DNA of 64,000 nucleotides. Origin: Ruminococcus sp. (GTDB lineage: Bacteria; Bacillota; Clostridia; Oscillospirales; Acutalibacteraceae). Positions 9,689-18,500 of this stretch are shown piece after piece. Where the stretch lies: NCBI GenBank assembly GCA_036306945.1, contig JAXJYO010000048.1, positions 604 through 64,603 of the forward strand. Reading direction: 5' to 3'. The position numbers and the translations under genes were made by a program. Below the pieces are notes generated by a model. The model saw nothing but the letters and a program-made list of their open reading frames with translations, made no database searches and was not told the origin of the DNA. The first letter of the stretch is position 1. Each line of letters starts with the position of its first letter.

Positions 9689-10261
9689 TCACCTTTCTGA
9701 TTTTATTTTCTTGAGCACACTGATAAATTCATTTGTGAGCAGTGTGATGATCTCTTCGTCGGTAAAATTGCATACATTTGTTGCGCACAAAGAAGCGATT
9801 CCGTGTGTGAAGATCCATAAATATTTGTACAATTCATAGGAATCATCACGGGTCATTCCGTAGCTTTGCATAATTGAACCGAGAATTTTGTCGCTGTTGG
9901 TGTCTATGGAAGGGAGGATAGTGGATAGATCTGAGGATTCTTTGTTTTGCTTCATAAACAGCAGACGAAAAAATTCAGGCTCGTTTTTAGCAAAGCTGAT
10001 ATAATAAGTTCCGACTCCCTTAAAAGGAGGCGTTTCGGCAAGTCCTTTTGCCACATATTCGTTATAAACGCTTTTTACGGCATCAACGGTTTCTTCAAGA
10101 ACCTCGTCCATATTTTGAAATACAGTGAATATCGGACGTGGAGAACTATTTAGCTTTGCTCCTATAGCTCTTGCCGTGATGTGCTCGAATCCCGATTCCC
10201 TTGTTATTTCAAGGGCAGCATTTATAATTTGTTCTTTAGAAAATTTTGCTTTTGGCGGCAT
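9689..10261 (-). CDS. TetR/AcrR family transcriptional regulator
   Basis: 190 aa with an N-terminal TetR HTH pattern (KEQIINAALEITRESGFEHITARAIGAKL). First gene of the cassette. Confidence 0.85.
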   Translation of the reverse strand: MPPKAKFSKEQIINAALEITRESGFEHITARAIGAKLNSSPRPIFTVFQNMDEVLEETVDAVKSVYNEYVAKGLAETPPFKGVGTYYISFAKNEPEFFRLLFMKQNKESSDLSTILPSIDTNSDKILGSIMQSYGMTRDDSYELYKYLWIFTHGIASLCATNVCNFTDEEIITLLTNEFISVLKKIKSER

Positions 10262-10276
10262 ATTGACACCTCTTTC

Positions 10277-10292
10277 TAAAACAGCTGTTTTA
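10277..10292. promoter_or_regulatory. Perfect 16-bp palindrome TAAAACAGCTGTTTTA; candidate TetR operator
   Basis: It sits between the predicted -10 and the RBS of the TetR gene. The perfect dyad symmetry can be read directly from the sequence. Confidence 0.5.
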
Positions 10293-10305
10293 AAACACTT
10301 GTTTT

Positions 10306-10334
10306 ATTATAGCGTGATACGGAATAAAAGTCAA
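10306..10334 (-). promoter_or_regulatory. SigA-type promoter of the TetR-ABC-FtsX cassette
   Basis: The minus strand reads TTGACT (10334-10329), a 17-nt spacer, then TATAAT (10311-10306). Confidence 0.55.
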
Positions 10335-10367
10335 GTTTCGGATAAAAATATACATAATAATTTAAAA

Positions 10368-10411
10368 CTAAAAATAAAATGCCTGAACAAAGCATAAACT
10401 CTGTTCAGGCA
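10368..10411 (-). terminator. Rho-independent terminator after gpmI; copy 2 of the 44-nt direct repeat
   Basis: Perfect 10-bp stem TGCCTGAACA/TGTTCAGGCA with a 12-nt loop, then TTTTATTTTT on the minus strand. There is also a T-run on the plus side. Confidence 0.75.
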
Positions 10412-10431
10412 TTTTATATTTGTTTGATAAA

Positions 10432-11943
10432 TTATTTAATCAGGCTTGTGCCGTCCATTTCTTCAGGCTGTTCAAGACCGAGAATCTGGAGCATTGTAGG
10501 AGCAATGTCAGCAAGTCTGCCGCCTTCACGGAGTTCACAGTCATAGCCTGCAACGCAGAACGGAACAGGGTTTGTTGTGTGAGCTGTGAATGGTTCGCCG
10601 TCTGTGTCAACCATTTTGTCAGCGTTGCCGTGGTCTGCTGTGATGAGAGCAACACCGCCCATAGCTGTAACAGCATCAACAACCTTGCCTACGCACTCGT
10701 CAACTGCTTCGACAGCCTTTACAGCCGCATCAAATACGCCTGTGTGACCAACCATATCGCAGTTAGCGTAGTTGAGGATAATCATATCATATTTACCGCT
10801 TTCGATAGCAGGAATAAGCTTGTCTGTAACCTCGTATGCGCTCATTTCAGGCTGTAAATCGTATGTTGCAACAGCAGGTGACTTAACGAGAATTCTGTCC
10901 TCGCCTTCATACTGCTTTTCAACACCGCCGTTGAAGAAGAATGTTACATGAGCATACTTTTCAGTTTCAGCAATTCTGAGCTGAGCCATACCCTTGTTTG
11001 AGATATACTCGCCAAGTGTGTTTGTGAGCACCTGTGGCTTGAATGCAACGTCAACATTAGGCATTGTTGCATCATACTGAGTCATACATACAAAGTTAAG
11101 AGGGAAGAAGCCTTTCTTTCTTTCAAAGCCGTCAAAGTCAGGGTCAACAAGAGTTCTTGTGATCTCTCTTGCTCTGTCAGGACGGAAGTTGAAGAAGATA
11201 ACGCTGTCGTTAGGCTGAATTGTTGCACCGCCCTTAACAACTGAAGGCAATACAAATTCGTCTGTAACATCTTCCTTGTAAGAATTCTTTACAGCGCAAA
11301 CAGGACATTCAGCTTCAACACCTTCGCCGTAAACCATTGCAGAATATGCCTTTTCAACACGATCCCAACGGTTATCTCTGTCCATAGCGTAGTATCTGCC
11401 CATTACTGTGGCAATCTTACCAACACCGATTTCCTCAGTTTTAGCCATACAGTCAGCAACAAAGTCAGCCGCACTTGAAGGCGGAACGTCACGACCGTCG
11501 AGGAAAGCGTGGATATAAACTTTTTCAAGACCTTTTTTCTTTGCAAGCTCGAGAATACCGTAGAGGTGAGTGTTGTGGCTGTGAACACCGCCGTCTGAGA
11601 GAAGTCCCATAAGGTGGAGTGCTGTGCCGTTTTCAAGAGCCTTGTCCATTGCGTTTACAATAGCTTCATTGTCCTTGAGTTTGTCCTCGTTGATAGTCTT
11701 TGTAATTCTTGTGAGTTCCTGATATACGATTCTGCCTGCACCGATATTTGTGTGGCCAACCTCAGAGTTGCCCATCTGGCCGTCAGGAAGACCAACGTCC
11801 ATACCTGATGCACCGATTTCAGTAACAGGGTTTGAAGAGAAAATTCTGTCGATGTTAGGCTTTTTAGCCGCCATAATAGCGTTGCCCTCGTTTGGTGCAA
11901 TGCCGAAACCGTCGAGAATCATTAAAATCAAAGGCTTTTTCAT
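10432..11943 (-). CDS. gpmI: 2,3-bisphosphoglycerate-independent phosphoglycerate mutase
   Basis: 503 aa. N-terminus [14 protein letters not shown], motifs [14 protein letters not shown] and ITADHGNAD. Confidence 0.95.
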   Translation of the reverse strand: MKKPLILMILDGFGIAPNEGNAIMAAKKPNIDRIFSSNPVTEIGASGMDVGLPDGQMGNSEVGHTNIGAGRIVYQELTRITKTINEDKLKDNEAIVNAMDKALENGTALHLMGLLSDGGVHSHNTHLYGILELAKKKGLEKVYIHAFLDGRDVPPSSAADFVADCMAKTEEIGVGKIATVMGRYYAMDRDNRWDRVEKAYSAMVYGEGVEAECPVCAVKNSYKEDVTDEFVLPSVVKGGATIQPNDSVIFFNFRPDRAREITRTLVDPDFDGFERKKGFFPLNFVCMTQYDATMPNVDVAFKPQVLTNTLGEYISNKGMAQLRIAETEKYAHVTFFFNGGVEKQYEGEDRILVKSPAVATYDLQPEMSAYEVTDKLIPAIESGKYDMIILNYANCDMVGHTGVFDAAVKAVEAVDECVGKVVDAVTAMGGVALITADHGNADKMVDTDGEPFTAHTTNPVPFCVAGYDCELREGGRLADIAPTMLQILGLEQPEEMDGTSLIK

Positions 11944-12108
11944 ATTATAAAATCCTTTCTGATGTTTGATAAATTATCCTTATTACAACAAGGGACGTCA
12001 GAGATGCCGTCCCCCTACAAAATTCACGAAGAAACGTTTACTGTAGGAGTTGGCTTCCCGGACGACCCACAACTTTTCAGAATATTTTGATAAATACCCG
12101 AAGTAAAA

Positions 12109-12876
12109 TTACTTGCTTGCAGCAGCAACGATAGCAGCAAACTTCTCAGCAACGAGTGAAGCACCACCGATGAGTCCGCCGTCTACGTTTGTCTTTGAAA
12201 GAAGTTCTTCTGCATTGCCGTCGTTCATTGAACCGCCGTACTGAATTGTAACAGTGTCAGCAACTTCCTGACTGTAGAGCTTAGCAAGTGTTGCACGAAT
12301 AAATGCACAAACTTCTTCAGCCTGATCAGCAGTAGCAGTTTTGCCTGTGCCGATAGCCCATACAGGCTCGTAAGCGATAACAACGTTCTTGAGTTCTTCT
12401 GCAGTAACATTGAAGAGGTCAAGCTTGATCTGTCTTGCGATAACTTCTTCAGTGATGTCGCACTCACGCTCCCAAAGAAGCTCACCAACGCAAACGATTG
12501 GCTTTAAGCCTGCTGCAAGAGCAGCCTTTGTTCTCTTGTTAACAGTTTCGTCTGTTTCACCAAAATACTGTCTTCTCTCGCTGTGACCGAGAACTACATA
12601 TTCAACGCCCATTTCCTTGAGCATACCTGTTGAGATTTCGCCTGTGAAAGCACCGCTTTCAGCCCAATGGCAGTTTTCAGCACCGATTTTGATGTTAGTA
12701 CCTTCTGTAACTTCAAGAGCAACGCTTAAATCAACGTAAGGTACGCAAGCGATAACTTCACAGTCAGCGTCCTTAACAGCAGGAATCATAGCTGTGAGAA
12801 GCTCTTTAGCTTCCTTTGGAGTTTTGTTCATTTTCCAGTTGCCGGCAATAATAGCCTTTCTTTTTGTCTTATCCAT
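12109..12876 (-). CDS. tpiA: Triose-phosphate isomerase
   Basis: 255 aa with motifs AGNWKMN, VLGHSERR and AYEPVWAIGTG. Confidence 0.95.
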   Translation of the reverse strand: MDKTKRKAIIAGNWKMNKTPKEAKELLTAMIPAVKDADCEVIACVPYVDLSVALEVTEGTNIKIGAENCHWAESGAFTGEISTGMLKEMGVEYVVLGHSERRQYFGETDETVNKRTKAALAAGLKPIVCVGELLWERECDITEEVIARQIKLDLFNVTAEELKNVVIAYEPVWAIGTGKTATADQAEEVCAFIRATLAKLYSQEVADTVTIQYGGSMNDGNAEELLSKTNVDGGLIGGASLVAEKFAAIVAAASK

Positions 12877-12909
12877 TGAAAATCGTCCTTTCGATACTAA
12901 ATTTATGAT

Positions 12910-13269
12910 TTATTGGTTGGGATTGTGAGCCTGCGGAACGCTTGCGTTAAGTCCCATAAGAATATTGTCAACTCTTGATTTGAGCATTGACTTTGGAACA
13001 GCACCTACAAAGCCTTTTACGCCCATTTCACCAACGTAAACGCCGGGGAGAAGAGCAAATTTTATCCAAGCTTCGAGAATGTATCTGCCGTTGTCGGGAG
13101 TGATTTTTACAAACTGAGGTGCAGTCATAATACCCATACCCTTTTTCCAATAGCTTTCACCGTTTTTTGTAACATATGTAAATCCTTCGTTCTGCATATA
13201 GGAATTAATGTAGTCCTGCACCTGCTGAGGATTATACGGTGTTATAAACGGCATAATATATCTTGACAT
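12910..13269 (-). CDS. Hypothetical protein (119 aa) embedded between pgk and tpiA
   Basis: Clean ORF, same strand, 33 nt upstream of tpiA. I recognise no motif. Confidence 0.6.
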   Translation of the reverse strand: MSRYIMPFITPYNPQQVQDYINSYMQNEGFTYVTKNGESYWKKGMGIMTAPQFVKITPDNGRYILEAWIKFALLPGVYVGEMGVKGFVGAVPKSMLKSRVDNILMGLNASVPQAHNPNQ

Positions 13270-13306
13270 AATAAGTTCCCTTTGGGTAATAGTTTTATCA
13301 ACAACA

Positions 13307-13328
13307 CGAGGCGGAAAAATCCGCCTCG
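13307..13328. terminator. Intercistronic hairpin downstream of pgk (weak terminator or processing/stability element)
   Basis: 8-bp GC-rich stem CGAGGCGG/CCGCCTCG. The T-run is good on the plus side (CTATTTTTGG) but poor on the transcribed minus side. Confidence 0.35.
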
Positions 13329-13341
13329 CTATTTTTGGTAA

Positions 13342-14553
13342 TTAGTCTTTGTCAGCGATTACTGCAATACCCGGAAGAACCTTGCCTTCGAGATATTCAA
13401 GAGAAGCACCGCCACCTGTTGAGATGTGGCTCATCTTGTCAGCAAAACCGAGCTGAATAACAGCAGCGGCACTGTCACCGCCACCGATGATTGTTGTAGC
13501 ATCTGTCTCACAGAGAGCAGTAGCAACAGCGAATGTACCCTTTGCAAGTGTCGGGTTTTCGCAAACACCCATAGGTCCGTTCCAAACAACAGTCTTAGCG
13601 TCCTTAACAGCGTCAGCAAAGAGGTCTCTTGTCTTAACGCCGATATCAAGACCTTCTCTGTCATCAGGAATCTCGCCTGAATTTACGATTTCAACTTCGA
13701 TTGGAGCGTCGATTGGGTCAGGGAATTCCTTAACAACAGTTGTGTCGATAGGGAGGAGGAGCTTTTTGCCGAGCTTTTCAGCCTTTGCAAGCATTTCCTT
13801 ACAGTAGTCGATCTTAGAGTCGTCAACGAGTGACATACCAACTCTCTTGCCCTGAGCCTTTAAGAATGTATAAGCCATACCGCCGCCGATGATGAGTGTG
13901 TCACACTTGTCGAGGAGGTTTGAAATAACATTGAGCTTGTCAGCAACCTTAGCACCGCCGAGGATTGCAACGAAAGGACGAACAGGATTCTCAACAGCAT
14001 TGCCGAGATAGTCGATTTCCTTCTGCATAAGGTAACCAACGGCTGTGTCCTTGATATGGTCAGTAACACCTGCAGTTGAGCAGTGTGCACGGTGAGCAGA
14101 ACCAAAAGCGTCCATTACGAATACATCTGCAAGAGAAGCGAGTTCACTTGAGAATGGCTCAAGGTTCTTAGTTTCTTCTGATCTGAAACGTGTATTCTGA
14201 AGAAGAACAACGTCGCCGTCTTTCATTTCAGCAACAGCCTTCTTAGCATTTTCGCCTACTACTTCGTCGTCGTTTGCAAATACAACTTCCTTGCCGAGAA
14301 GCTCAGAAAGTCTTACAGCAACAGGTGCGAGAGAGAATTTTTCCTCAGGACCGTTCTTTGGTTTGCCGAGGTGTGAGCAAAGGATAACCTTGCCGCCGTC
14401 AGCGATAAGCTTCTTAATAGTTGGAAGAGCTGCTGTGATTCTGTTGTCGTTTGTGATAACGCCGTCCTTGAGAGGTACGTTGAAGTCGCAACGAACGAGA
14501 ACCTTTTTGCCTTTTACATTGAGGTCATCAACGGTAACTTTGTTAAGTTTCAT
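13342..14553 (-). CDS. pgk: Phosphoglycerate kinase
   Basis: 403 aa with motifs RCDFNVP and [10 protein letters not shown], and a C-terminal STGGGASLE. Confidence 0.95.
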   Translation of the reverse strand: MKLNKVTVDDLNVKGKKVLVRCDFNVPLKDGVITNDNRITAALPTIKKLIADGGKVILCSHLGKPKNGPEEKFSLAPVAVRLSELLGKEVVFANDDEVVGENAKKAVAEMKDGDVVLLQNTRFRSEETKNLEPFSSELASLADVFVMDAFGSAHRAHCSTAGVTDHIKDTAVGYLMQKEIDYLGNAVENPVRPFVAILGGAKVADKLNVISNLLDKCDTLIIGGGMAYTFLKAQGKRVGMSLVDDSKIDYCKEMLAKAEKLGKKLLLPIDTTVVKEFPDPIDAPIEVEIVNSGEIPDDREGLDIGVKTRDLFADAVKDAKTVVWNGPMGVCENPTLAKGTFAVATALCETDATTIIGGGDSAAAVIQLGFADKMSHISTGGGASLEYLEGKVLPGIAVIADKD

Positions 14554-14739
14554 TGAAATACATTCCTTTCATATTAGAAGAATATTGTAAAAATTTAGTA
14601 TTTTCACATATGTATTTATTATATAACAAAATACAGGTTTTATCAATACAATTTTAAAAAATAATTGCAGGTTTGTAATTTTTATGTTTTTAGCTTTGAA
14701 AAGCAAGGTTGTTTTTATATCAAACGCCGATTGAATACA

Positions 14740-15258
14740 TTATGTAAAATTATTGCAGTCGCTCCATTTGTGATTATGCAGTTCACCTTTGTTGAGCAGT
14801 TCGGGGTAATCCCATTGTCTGAGCACTTCGTAGGCGGCGATAGCAACAGAGTTTGACAAATTCAGGCTTCGTGCCTCGTCTATCATAGGAATTCTCAGGG
14901 TGCTGTCGGGATATTTCATAAGCATTTCTTCGGGAAGACCTTTTGTTTCCTTGCCGAACAGCAGATAGCAGTCGTCGGGATATTCAACGTCGGAATGGCG
15001 GTGAGTTCCCTTTGTTGAAAACATAAAATACTTTCCGCCTTTTGTTTTTTCAAAAAAATCGTCAATATTTTCATAATATGTAATATCGAGTAAATGCCAG
15101 TAATCAAGACCGGCACGTTTAAGTTTTTTATCGTCAACCGCAAATCCCATTGGTTTTACAAGGTGAAGTCTTGCACCTGTTGCGGCACAGGTGCGAGCAA
15201 TGTTGCCTGTGTTCTGAGGAATTTCAGGTTCAACAAGCACAAGATTCAGTTTTGCCAA
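14740..15258 (-). CDS. trmL: tRNA (cytidine/uridine34-2'-O)-methyltransferase, SpoU/TrmL family
   Basis: 172 aa with the pattern LVEPEIPQNTGNIARTCAATG and a SPOUT C-terminal knot motif (RIPM...SLNLSNSVA). Confidence 0.85.
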   Translation of the reverse strand: MAKLNLVLVEPEIPQNTGNIARTCAATGARLHLVKPMGFAVDDKKLKRAGLDYWHLLDITYYENIDDFFEKTKGGKYFMFSTKGTHRHSDVEYPDDCYLLFGKETKGLPEEMLMKYPDSTLRIPMIDEARSLNLSNSVAIAAYEVLRQWDYPELLNKGELHNHKWSDCNNFT

Positions 15259-15361
15259 AAGTTATCACTCCGTTTAAAAAATGTTTTCGTTTATTATATT
15301 TTAAATCGTTAACAATAATATTGCAAGATTAATCTTGTAAATTTAAACGGAGGTGTGTTTT

Positions 15362-15544
15362 ATGAATTCAAATCCCGTATCAAATATGGTAAAGGGTGCA
15401 GTTCTGGGTGTGGCAGCAGGTATGGCTGTGGGAATTGCAGGTAAGAATATGATTGACAACAACCCAAAGCTTAAGAAGAAGGCAAACAAAGCAATGAGAA
15501 CCGTTGAATCAATCGTTGATACAGCACAATATATGTTTAAGTAA
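15362..15544 (+). CDS. Small hypothetical membrane-associated protein (60 aa, Gly-zipper segment)
   Basis: The ATG at 15362 lies behind a GGAGGTG RBS. It has a hydrophobic GAVLGVAAGMAVGIAG segment and is followed by a strong terminator. Confidence 0.45.
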   Translation: MNSNPVSNMVKGAVLGVAAGMAVGIAGKNMIDNNPKLKKKANKAMRTVESIVDTAQYMFK

Positions 15545-15547
15545 ATT

Positions 15548-15590
15548 AAGGGGCTGTCGCAAAATCTTGTCATTTGCGATAGCCCCTTTT
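15548..15590. terminator. Bidirectional rho-independent terminator
   Basis: 16-bp stem AAGGGGCTGTCGCAAA/TTTGCGATAGCCCCTT, with an A-run and a T-run flanking it. It lies between convergent genes. Confidence 0.65.
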
Positions 15591-15598
15591 ACGTTATA

Positions 15599-18500
15599 TT
15601 ATTTTACTGTCACCTTGCACTGAACTGTTTTGCCATTATAGAGGGTGATTTTGATGTAAGTTGTACCCTTTGCTTTTGCGGTTATTGTAGCTTTATTTGC
15701 ACTGCCTTTTTTGACTGTTGCAACGCTTGAATTTGTACTGCTCCACTTGAGATTTGAAGCGTTTGCGTATGAACCGCTGTTGGTACTCTCTGAAATTGTA
15801 TATGTTTGACCTTTGTTGAGTGTAATACTTGTCTTGCTGAGCTTTACGCTTGTAGGTGCAGGTTTTACAGTTACCTTGCACTGTGCAGTCTTTCCGTTAA
15901 AGAGAGTAATCTTAACATAAGCTGTACCGACTCCCTTAGCTGTAATCTTAGCCTTATTGCCACTTCCTTTTGTAACAGTTGCAACACTTGTATCCGAACT
16001 GCTCCACTTAAGGTTTGCTGCATTTGCGTAAGTTCCGCTGTTTGTGCCCTCAGAAATTGTATAGCTTTCACCTACACCGAGTGTTACGCTTGTAGGATTG
16101 GTCTTTACACTTGATGGTGCAGGCTTTATGGTTACTTTGCAAGTAGCAGTTTTACCGTTGTAAAGTGTAATTTTAATATTTGCAGTACCTGTGCCTACAG
16201 CTTTCACCATAGCCTTGTTGCCACTGCCTTTAGTTACAGTTGCAACACTTGTGTTTGAACTGCTCCACTTGAGGTTTGCGGCATTTGCGTATGCTCCGCT
16301 GTTTGTATTTTCGCTTATTGTATAGGTTTCACCTGCGCCGAGAATAAGACTCTGCGGATTTGTAGTTACACTTATTGGTGCAGATTTTATAGTTAGCTTA
16401 CAAGTAGCAGTTTTTCCGTTGTAAAGCTTGATTGTGATGTTTGTTGTTCCAGCTTTTACGGCTTTTATTGTAGCTTTGTTACCACTGCCTTTAGCCACCG
16501 TTGCGACGCCTGTATTTGAACTGCTCCATTTAAGGTTTGCGGCATTTGCGTAAGTTCCTGAATTTGTATTTTCTGCTATTGTGTAGCTTTCACCTACACC
16601 GAGAATAAGACTTTGCGGATTTGTAGTTACGCTTGAAGGTGCAGGTTTAACTGTGACTGTGCCTGAAGCTGTATAACCACTCGGCGTTTTTGCAGTTATT
16701 GTGGCTGTGCCTTCACTTTTGGCAGTAATCTTGCCTTCACTTACCGTAGCGACAGAGCTGTTACTGGTGCTCCATGTTACGTCATTGCCTGTGGGAGATG
16801 TAGTTGCCTTCACGGTATAGCTTTCGCCTACACCGAGGGTGATTTTTGATGTGTTCAATGTAACTGTTGATGATTTAATGGCAGCTTTTACGGTGATTTC
16901 GCAAGTTGCCGATTTCTCGTTAAAAGTTTTTACAGTTATTGTTGTTTTACCTGCCTTTTTGGCTGTAATAACACCGCCCGAAACCGACGCAACAGAGTTA
17001 TTACTGCTTGTCCACACATATGTTGTCAGTGAATCTGCCGGTAAAACTGTCTTTGAAAGAGTATATTTTTCTCCTTCATTTATAACCAGAGCTTTGTTGC
17101 TGAGTGCTACGGAAGAAGTTGAGTCGCTGTAATATGTGTTTCCGATTGAAACACTGCTGTTACTTCCGATGTTCACGTATTTATTTGTGCAACTTGTAAC
17201 TATATTATTATCAAGATTGTTGCAGGTTGATGAGCTTACTATGTTAAACGCATTAGCTCCTATTCCGCTGAGAGCATTTTTTGTTATACTTCCAGCGGTT
17301 GAGTCGGTAATATGAATACCGCTTGAAACTGTATTTTTAATGCTGTTTTCTGAAATAGAAGTTGCCTTGGATTTTTCAATTGCTATTCCGTACTTGCCTG
17401 ACGAATTGACGGAGTTATTGTTAATGCTTGATATACTGCTTTCGCCGTTTAAAAATATACCGTTTACAGGCGCACCTGTTATTATGTTATTTGAAATTTT
17501 CTGAATGGCAGCTCCGTCTGCGCCTGAAATTCCGTAGTAATTTGCAGGAGTGTTTGTGTTTTCAGAGCATTTTATTATGTTATTATCGGCAATTGTATTT
17601 CTGACATTTGCTAAGCGTATTCCGTGTCCCTTTACTTCGATTTCATTATCAAATATGTTGACACCTGTCAGGTAGTAATTGCCTTTTGTCATTGTGCTTG
17701 TACTTTTTTCTACATTATATCCGATTGCTGAAATTCCTGAACATACATAGCTTGTATATTTATCCTTGAAATATCCGCAACGGGTGATTACGTTGTCTGA
17801 GATAGTTATTTTGGCATCAGTTGGTGTTTTATAGCTGTCTGTTGTATGAGCGGAGGTGTTTCCTTGCTTTGCAAGAACACTTGCGTTATAACAGCCGTTT
17901 CCGTTGTTGAGAACGGAATATACAGCTATTGCCCTCGGACTGTAATCAATAACATTGTTAGTTATAGTACAGTTTTGCACACCCTGAAACTGTACGGCAA
18001 TACTTCCCATATTTTTGAAAGAGCAGTTTGTTACATTAATATTTGTATGAGGTGCATTGTTGATAGATGTATGACTTCCTACTCCTCGTGGACAATTAGA
18101 AAAACTGCAACTGTCAATTGTAATATTTTTGCAAGGTAAGTCCTCGGCACGATACCCTATAAAATGATCCTTTACGAGAATATCTACCTGAATAGCCTCA
18201 TAGGTCAGATTGGACTGAGTTATTTCCTGATCTTTAAAGGTACAGTTTTTCATAGTAAGTCCGTTTACCGCCGCAATCTCCATAAGATGCACTTTATTGC
18301 TTTTAAAAGTTGTTCCCGTAAAGCTCACGTTTGAGGCATGACCAACCTTTGCAAGAGTATTAGTTCCGTTCTTACCGTCTAATGTTCCGTTTGTAATGTT
18401 GATATTTTTGTATGCGTTGTATCCGGTTGCTCCTGAATTTATCTCGTCGATGTCACCAAAGTGTATCAAGTTTATATTTGTGCTTGTTGATTTTGTGAGA

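Noticed and set aside
7782-10411. The TetR/ABC/FtsX cassette as a transposon or IS element.
   Set aside because: There is no transposase, integrase or recombinase gene, and no terminal inverted repeats. The flanking repeat is a functional terminator, so mobility is only an inference from the direct repeat.
15602-17120. A regularly spaced repeat array that could look like a CRISPR or satellite.
   Set aside because: The period is 261 bp with no unique spacers. The repeats are in frame within one long ORF and encode Ig-like domains, so this is a coding tandem repeat.
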